64,000 nucleotides of DNA from Terriglobus sp. (GTDB lineage: Bacteria; Acidobacteriota; Terriglobia; Terriglobales; Acidobacteriaceae), in the NCBI GenBank assembly GCA_965200815.1, contig OZ241387.1:17112-81111 (forward strand), read 5' to 3'. Shown here one piece after another: positions 1 to 6,600 of this stretch; positions within the stretch are counted from its first letter, which is position 1, and the number at the start of each line of letters is the position of its first letter. The position numbers were made by a program, and so were the translations under genes. The notes below the pieces were generated by a model. The model did not search any database. It saw only the letters and a list, made by a program, of their open reading frames with translations, and was not told the origin of the DNA.

Positions 1-1
1 G

Positions 2-316
2 CACCGGCTCGACCGCGACCTGACCAGTCGCTTCGGCTCGGCGGGGTATGCCCAGGAGGAGCTGCGGGCCGAGTTGGCGTCCGTGTTCATCGGCGCCGAA
101 CTGGGCCTGCCGTGCGACATTCCCAACCACGCCAACTACCTGGCGTCGTGGGCCCGGAAGCTGAAGGAGGATAAACGCGAGATCTTCCGCGCCGCGGCCG
201 ACGCGCAGCGCATCGCCGACTACCTGCTGGCCTTCCATCCCGACTACGCCGAGGCGGCTGCCGCACCCGGCAATGACGAAGAGGCCGCTTCGCCCGAGAT
301 GGCGGAGGCGGCGTGA
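2..316 (+). CDS. ardC: ArdC-like antirestriction / zincin-like protein, C-terminal fragment (5' end outside window)
   Basis: The frame is open from the window edge. HRLDRDLTSRFGSAGYAQEELRAELASVFIGAELGLP...ANYLASWARKLKEDKREIFRAAADAQRIADYLL resembles the conserved C-terminal part of ArdC-type proteins as I recall them. The TGA at 314-316 overlaps the next start (GTGATG). Confidence 0.7.
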   Translation, partial: HRLDRDLTSRFGSAGYAQEELRAELASVFIGAELGLPCDIPNHANYLASWARKLKEDKREIFRAAADAQRIADYLLAFHPDYAEAAAAPGNDEEAASPEMAEAA

Positions 317-1293
317 TGCGCCCGCCGCTGCCGCTTGCAGCCTATGACCGCATCCTGGTCGCCCTGTCGGGCGGCAAGGACAGCGTGGCTTGCCTGCTCG
401 CCCTGCTGGAGGCCGGTGCCGATCCGGCCCGCATCGAGCTGCACCACCACGAGGTGGACGGGCGGGGCCCATCCTTCATGGATTGGCCGAGCAGCTCGCC
501 CTACTGTGGAGCGCTTGCCGCGGCCTTCGGCCTGCCGATCTACTTTTCCTGGCGGGAGGGCGGGTTCCTGCGCGAGATGCTGCGGCAGGACGCGGCCACG
601 GCGCCGATCGTGTTCGAGACCCCGCACGGGATCGAGGCCCGGGGCGGCGATGGTCCGCGCAACACCCGGCTACGCTTTCCCCAAGTCTCGTCCGACCTGT
701 CCGTCCGCTGGTGCTCGGCCGCGCTGAAGATCGGCGTCATGGACACGCTGATCCGGGGGCAGGACCGCTTCCTGGGCAGCCGCACCTTGGTCGTCACTGG
801 CGAGCGCGCCGAGGAAAGCCCGGCGCGGGCGCGCTACGCCGAAGCCGAGCGACACCGCACGGACACCCGCGACGGCACGCGGCGGCAGCGCCACGTCGAT
901 CACTGGCGCCCCGTGCATGCTTGGGGGGAACGCGCGGTGTGGGACATCCTGGCCCGGCATGGCGTGGTGCCTGCCATTCCATACCGGCTCGGCTTCGGGC
1001 GCTTAAGCTGCATGACGTGCATCTTCGGCACGCCGGCGCTGTGGGCGACGATCCGCCTGATCGCTCGCGCCTGGTTCGAGCGGGTCGCCGGCTATGAGCG
1101 CCAGTTCGGCTGCACGATCCAGCGTGCCCGCTCGGTGCGCGACCTCGCGGACCGCGGCACTCCTTACCCGGCCGCCCTGTCGCAGCCGAGTCTCGTGGCT
1201 CAGGCCCTGGCCCCGCGCTGGACCGGGCCGATCCGCACCGCGGACTGGCAGCTGCCGGCCGGCGCCTTCGGCGAGGCCGCCGGTCCGGCCTGA
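313..1293 (+). CDS. PP-loop ATP-pyrophosphatase / PAPS-reductase-like family protein (IbrA/DndC-like fold)
   Basis: 326-aa ORF with GTG313/ATG316 coupled to the ardC stop. It has an N-terminal PP-loop (ILVALSGGKDSVACLL). GC3 is high throughout, and there are C-terminal Cys residues (LSCMTCIFG). Confidence 0.75.
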   Translation: MMRPPLPLAAYDRILVALSGGKDSVACLLALLEAGADPARIELHHHEVDGRGPSFMDWPSSSPYCGALAAAFGLPIYFSWREGGFLREMLRQDAATAPIVFETPHGIEARGGDGPRNTRLRFPQVSSDLSVRWCSAALKIGVMDTLIRGQDRFLGSRTLVVTGERAEESPARARYAEAERHRTDTRDGTRRQRHVDHWRPVHAWGERAVWDILARHGVVPAIPYRLGFGRLSCMTCIFGTPALWATIRLIARAWFERVAGYERQFGCTIQRARSVRDLADRGTPYPAALSQPSLVAQALAPRWTGPIRTADWQLPAGAFGEAAGPA

Positions 1294-1338
1294 CCGCGCC
1301 CCCTTTCCCGCTTTCAACCTGAACACAGGAGGCCGCCC

Positions 1339-1977
1339 ATGGGCTAGCTCGTTTCCGATCGCCCGCTGACACATGAGACGCCATCCGCATACCTGACGCG
1401 CTAGTATACGGGCGAGACCGCCGAGGCGTGCAGCGAGGTGCTGGCCGCCTCGCAGGTCGGCGGTGCCGTCTACATGGCCGTGCGTCACACCCACAAGGAG
1501 GGGGAGCACGCCGGGCAGAGCTACGTCTATGCCGCCGTCATCCTGGTGTTCAACAACGCCAAGGACGGCTTCGGCCGCAAGTCGATGACCGAATGCAGCG
1601 GTCCCTGCGAGGTGGACTGCCCGGCCCGGATCATGGCGTTGCTCTCACCTGTCGAGGCCATCCCCAACCCTAGTTATGCCGCTGACTGGCGGAGCCGCGT
1701 GGCTGCAGCCGTGGCCGAGCGGCAGGCCGTCGCTGCCACGAAGCGGCGTTTCCAGCCAGGTCAGCGGTTGAGCCTGACCGAGCCGCTGAGCTTCAAGCAG
1801 GGGCAGGTGATCGCGACCGAGTACGAGGTGGTGGCCACGCCTGCAGGGCGGCGTGGTCCCTTGTTCCGCCCGGTCGGGCAGGACTTCCTGTGCCGGCTGC
1901 CTGGTCGTCTGCTCGCCGTTGCAATGCGGAGTCCTCCCTTCCCGGAGGCACCACAGCAACTGGCGCTGCTGCCGTGA
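1339..1977 (+). pseudogene. Hypothetical backbone protein whose 5' part is interrupted by two in-frame TAG codons; intact ORF from 1438/1474 onward
   Basis: AGGAGG at 1326-1331 is followed 7 nt later by ATG 1339, in the same frame as the 1438..1977 ORF. In-frame TAG codons lie at 1345-1347 and 1402-1404. Codon bias looks coding across the interrupted stretch, and there is no comparable SD before 1438 or 1474. Confidence 0.4.
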
Positions 1978-2948
1978 TCCCCTGGGACGAGGTGCCGGAC
2001 GTGCTGCCCGAGCCGGGGCCGCACCCGTTGGACGCGCACGAGGACCGCTCCCGGCTTCGGCTGACGCTGGGCGACGGCCGCGTGATCGAAGGGCTCTACA
2101 ACCTGATTGCCCAGCAGCACTTCCTGCATCGCACCGGCCCCGGTCTGCCCTTGGTAAGCCAAGTGGAAGGCCCCCTTCTTGCCGATGACATCGCTGGCGT
2201 CGAAGTGGTGATGACCCGTGCCGAGCTTCGGGACCGTGGGCGCGAGCTGATGCAGGAGCCGCGTGTGCCCGGCCGCGAACCAGTGACGCGCGACGACTTC
2301 GAGCACCGGCTGCAGACCCTGGCCCGCGCCGTCGCCGCGGTGCCGGATGCCGGATGGCAGATGCAGATCCGGCTCAAGCGCCAGTTCGAAGCCTGCGCCG
2401 AGCGGATCCAGCTCACCCCAGGCAAGCGCGCCTGGATGTTGGCCGAGGCCAAGTGGGCGCGGCGCTCCAACGCGCCGCCCACCATGGCTGATCTCTGGGT
2501 GGAACCGGTTGCCTCGCCGAGTTGCTTCGCCCGACCCCGGCCGCAGGACTTCGACCCCGATCCAGCCGTGCGCCGCCAGCGGACGCCGGCGCCGCCCGAG
2601 GTGCGGGCTGACCCGCACTCGGTGCCGAACATGCTGGCCGCTTTGGGTGCCGAGGGCCTCAAGGTCCGGATCACCCGGCTCGGCGACCCGGCACACGACC
2701 GCGGGCACATTCAGGTCGAGATGCCGGTGAAAGGACGAGCCCGCTTCGTCCTGCAAGGTGCTCGCGGTGAGGATGGCCTCATGCACTGGCGCAGTGCGTG
2801 GGACGGGAATGAGAGCAAGGCGGGACAGAAGCGCTTCTACCGCGCCGTCACCACCCCGGCCTACGCCGCCATGGTCCGGGTCATGCGCGATGGTCGCCGC
2901 ACCGTGCAACCGGACCTGTTTACCCATGAGAGGACCGTCGGCAGCTGA
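1974..2948 (+). CDS. Hypothetical protein (backbone)
   Basis: The ORF is open from 1890. GTG 1974 overlaps the upstream stop (GTGA), suggesting translational coupling. GC3 is high; I recognise no motif. Confidence 0.55.
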   Translation: MIPWDEVPDVLPEPGPHPLDAHEDRSRLRLTLGDGRVIEGLYNLIAQQHFLHRTGPGLPLVSQVEGPLLADDIAGVEVVMTRAELRDRGRELMQEPRVPGREPVTRDDFEHRLQTLARAVAAVPDAGWQMQIRLKRQFEACAERIQLTPGKRAWMLAEAKWARRSNAPPTMADLWVEPVASPSCFARPRPQDFDPDPAVRRQRTPAPPEVRADPHSVPNMLAALGAEGLKVRITRLGDPAHDRGHIQVEMPVKGRARFVLQGARGEDGLMHWRSAWDGNESKAGQKRFYRAVTTPAYAAMVRVMRDGRRTVQPDLFTHERTVGS

Positions 2949-2975
2949 AGGAGAGCGGACGGAATGGAGAGAGGA

Positions 2976-2996
2976 TGCATCAAGATGCGTGATGCA
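2976..2996. promoter_or_regulatory. Perfect 7-bp inverted repeat TGCATCA-N7-TGATGCA inside a cluster of four GATGC(A/G) motifs; candidate operator
   Basis: Read directly: tgcatca(2976-2982) agatgcg tgatgca(2990-2996). GATGC motifs start at 2974, 2984, 2991 and 3005. The site lies in a locally lower-GC intergenic stretch just upstream of structured repeat copy 1. Confidence 0.3.
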
Positions 2997-3010
2997 CGAA
3001 GCACGATGCA

Positions 3011-3170
3011 GAAATTAGAGATGGAATGGCTGGCATCACGGCCATCCCGGCACCGCTTCGCTCCATCGCCGCCGTCGCAACCCAGCCCGTCTAGGCCGCA
3101 GCCCTGGCGGGCCGCGTCCCGCGCCAGGCAGGGCCGCTCGCCGGCAATGGTGCCGGGCCAGCCGCGCCGC
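3011..3170 (+). repeat. Structured intergenic repeat, copy 1 (purine-rich leader plus long imperfect hairpin)
   Basis: By my alignment 3045-3170 matches 9304-9429 at about 122 of 126 positions, same orientation. The termini are inverted (CCCGGCACC at 3046-3054, GGTGCCGGG at 3149-3157). The upstream GAAATT-purine tract (3011-) is also shared in diverged form. Confidence 0.7.
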
Positions 3171-3227
3171 CTGCTGGGGAGGGGTCAAGGGAAAGCAGAG
3201 GAGAGCCCGGTGACCACAGGAGTGATG

Positions 3228-3506
3228 ATGACAGCGCCGGTAGAGTCCACACCGTTCGACGATGGGGCGGCCCGGCGAGAGAGTTGGCTGATCGCGGGGG
3301 GCGGCACCGACAACGCCGGGCGACGGCGGGTCGAGCTGTAGCGGCTCGATGATCCGCAGCACGGTGAAAACACGTTTCCCGACGATGGCGATGCTTGGAA
3401 GCACGTCGCCGAACGAGCACGGCGCGGGTCGCCGCTGCACCTCCACGCCCTGGCCCTGGTGGACCCGATCGAGCGAGCGTTGATCGAGCAGCACGCCGGG
3501 CACTGA
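3228..3506 (+). pseudogene. Small acidic hypothetical ORF with one in-frame TAG (3339-3341); coding status uncertain
   Basis: AGGAG at 3218-3222 lies 5 nt before ATG 3228 (alternative GTG 3210 after GAGGAGAG). Translation is MTAPVESTPFDDGAARRESWLIAGGGTDNAGRRRVEL*RLDDPQHGENTFPDDGDAWKHVAERARRGSPLHLHALALVDPIERALIEQHAGH, with TGA at 3504-3506. It sits 40-60 nt after repeat copy 1, the same spacing class as parB and ssb. An exactly antisense ORF (3036..3578, minus) competes with it. Confidence 0.3.
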
Positions 3507-3660
3507 TCCCGATCCCACCACAATCCCCAGCGTGACCCTGAGCGCACGTCGGTCCTGAGTGGGCCGGCGCGCGCTCATACGCCCTCCCTTCCATTCCGCC
3601 CTTGGTCCCCCGTCTGCCCCTGGCAGCTGGGCGCCCGGCGCTGCGCACGAGGTTCCCCCC

Positions 3661-6600
3661 ATGAACAAGGCCCGACGCTCCAACCTGCTGCAGTTCTCGC
3701 TGTTCGACAGCACCGCGCTGAGCGCCCCGCTCGGCACCCCAAGCTCCCTGCGTGAGCAAGTGCCGGTGCCGGAGAACGAGGTGCGTGTCGTGCCGTCCGC
3801 GCTCAAGGCACTCACGGCGCGCAACTTCCGCCTGGTTGGCGACCGCGCGCTGGCCCCGACCTGGAAGGGCCGTGCCGCCGACAATCTGGCCGCCATCCGG
3901 CTGCTGCGGGAGATCGAGGACGAGGACCGGCCGATCACGGCCGACGAGCAGGCGCAGCTGGCAAGGTTCACAGGCTTCGGGGCGTCCGAGCTGGCCAACA
4001 CGCTGTTCCGCCGCGCCGGCGAGGCGTTCCGCCCCGGCTGGGAGGACATGGGCACCGACCTGGAGCAGATGGTCAGCCCGGCCGAACTCGCCGGCCTCAT
4101 GCGCTCGACGCAGTATGCCCACTACACCCCCGAGTTCATGGTGCGGGCGATGTGGGCGACGCTGACCCGCATGGGGTTCGTGGGCGGCTCCATCCTCGAG
4201 CCGGGCTGCGGCAGCGGCCTGTTCCTGTCCCTGCTCCCGGACGCCCTGGCCAGCAAGACCAGCCTGACGGGCATCGAGGCGGACCCGATCACCGCCCGCA
4301 TCGCCCAGCGCCTGCATCCGGACGCCTGGATCCGGCCCGAGGACTTCACCAAGGCGAAGCTGGCCGAGACCTTCGACCTGGCGATCGGCAACCCGCCCTT
4401 CTCGGACCGCACCGTCCGCGCCGACGACGCGAGCGGCAAGCTGGGATTGAGCCTGCACGACTACTTCATCGCCCGTTCCGTGGAGCGGCTGAAGCCAGGC
4501 GGTGTGGCGGCGTTCGTCACCTCGCGCTGGACCATGGACAAGACGTCGACCACGGCGCGCGAGCACATCGCGGGCATGGCCGACCTGATCGGCGCCGTGC
4601 GCCTGCCGCAGGGCGCGATGATGGCCGCCGCCGGCACCGAGGTCGTGGTGGACATCCTGTTCCTGCAGAAGCGCCGCCCCGGCCAGGAGCCGTCCGGCCT
4701 GCTGTGGGACAGCGTGACGGAGGTAGTGCCCGCCGAGGACGGCGAGAGCGCGCTGACGATCAACCGCTACTTCGCCCAGCACCCCGAGATGGTGCTGGGC
4801 GAGCACGCCCGCACCAGCAGCCCCTTCGGACCGACCTACACCTGCCGCGCCCGCGACGGCGTGGACACCGAGGCGGCACTCGGCCGCGCCCTGGCCCTTG
4901 TCAGCAGTGCGGCGCGCATCCCTGTCAGTGAGTCGGCCGCCGCGCCGAAGCCCAAGGCCGCGCGCATCGTGATCGGCACCGCGGCGGAGGGCGCCACCAC
5001 CAAGGAGGGCAGCTACATCCTGCTCGGGCTTGACTTGATGCAGGTGGTGGATGGCCAGGCCGAGCCGGTGGCGGTGAAGTCTGCCACGGTGAAGCAGGGC
5101 ATTTTCGCCAAGCACGCGCGGATCATCCGCGGGTTGATCCCCATCCGCGACGCGGTGCGGAGCGTGCTGCGGGCGCAGGAGGCCAACGAGCCCTGGGGGC
5201 AGGCGCAGATCCGGCTCCGGGCCGCCTACTGCAGCTTCGTGCGGCAGTTCGGTCCGATCAACCAGGCCCGGGTCACGACGCGCACCGACGAGGAAACCGG
5301 TGAGGTGAGCGAGACCGTGCGCCGGCCGAACCTGGCGCCCTTCCTGGATGACCCGGATTGCTGGCTGGTGGCCTCGATCGAGGACTACGACGAGGACACC
5401 GACACCGCCAAGCAGGGCCCGATCTTCACCCAGCGGGTGATCCACCCGCCGGTGGAGCCAGTCATCAGCTCGGCCGCCGACGCGCTCGCGGTGACGCTGC
5501 ACGAGGTCGGCCACGTCGATCCCGACCGCATCGCCGAGCTGCTCGGTCGCCCACGCGCCGAGGTGCTGGCCGAGCTGGGGGACGCGGTGTTCCTCAACCC
5601 GAGCCTGACCACGGAGGCGATGGAGGTGTGGGAGACGGCAGACGCCTACCTGTCCGGCCCGGTCCGCACCAAGCTGGCCGCTGCCGAGGCGGTCGCCGTC
5701 ACCGAAGCCCGCTACGTCCGCAACGTGCCGGCGCTGCGTGCCGTGCAGCCCGACGATTTGAAGCCCAGCGACATCACCGCCCGGCTCGGGGCGCCATGGA
5801 TGCCGGCCGACGTAGTGGAAGCGTTCGTCGCGGAGCAGATGGGGGTGACGGTGCAGATCCGGCACACCGTTGAGATCGCGTGCTGGTCGTTCAACATCCA
5901 TGCCTTCGCCGGCATCGCCGCCGCCACCTCCGAGTGGGGCACGGAGCGCCGCCACGCCGGGCACCTGCTGGAGGACGCGCTGAACGCCGTCATTCCGCAG
6001 ATCTTCGACACCTGGATGGAGGACGGCAAAGAACGCCGGGAGCTGAACGCGGCCGATACCGAGGCGGCGAAGGAGAAGTTGGCCAAGATCAAGACCGCCT
6101 TCGAGCGCTGGGTGTGGCAGGACGCCGACCGGGCCGATCGCCTGTCCCGAATCTACAATGATCGCTTTAACAACTTGGTGCCGCGCACCTTCGACGGCAG
6201 CCACCTGCAGCTGCCGGGTGCGTCCAGCGTGATCCAGATGCGCGGCCACCAGAAGCGGGTGATCTGGCGGGTCATCAGCACGGGCACGACCTACATCGCC
6301 CACGCTGTCGGGGCTGGGAAGACCTTCTCCATGGCCGCGGCGATCATGGAACAGCGCCGGCTCGGCCTGGTGACCAAGGCGATGATGGTGGTGCCGGGTC
6401 ACTGCCTGGCGCAGGCGAGCCGCGAGTTCCTGCTGCTCTACCCGAACGCCCAGATCCTGGTCGCGGACGAGACCAACTTCGCCCGTGAGAAGCGGCAACG
6501 CTTCCTGGCACGGGCGGCCACGGGCACCTGGGACTGCATCATCATCACCCACTCGGCCTTCAAGTTCATCCCGGCTCCGGCGCAGTTCGAGAAGGGGCTG

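Noticed and set aside
1345-3341. The idea that in-frame TAG codons reflect stop-codon reassignment (amber read as sense)
   Set aside because: TAG is used as an apparently genuine terminator for several well-defined genes in the window (czcB 24103-24105, 27781-27783, cusA 45699-45701, 46203-46205, 58329-58331). A global recoding is therefore unlikely; pseudogenisation, sequencing error or local suppression remain.
3036-3578. Minus-strand ORF with a strong SD in the gap before the methylase-helicase
   Set aside because: Not fully rejected. Its 3' half runs through the structured repeat and looks non-protein-like, and it has no natural stop before 3036. I therefore did not list it as a feature; see the finding at 3185-3578.
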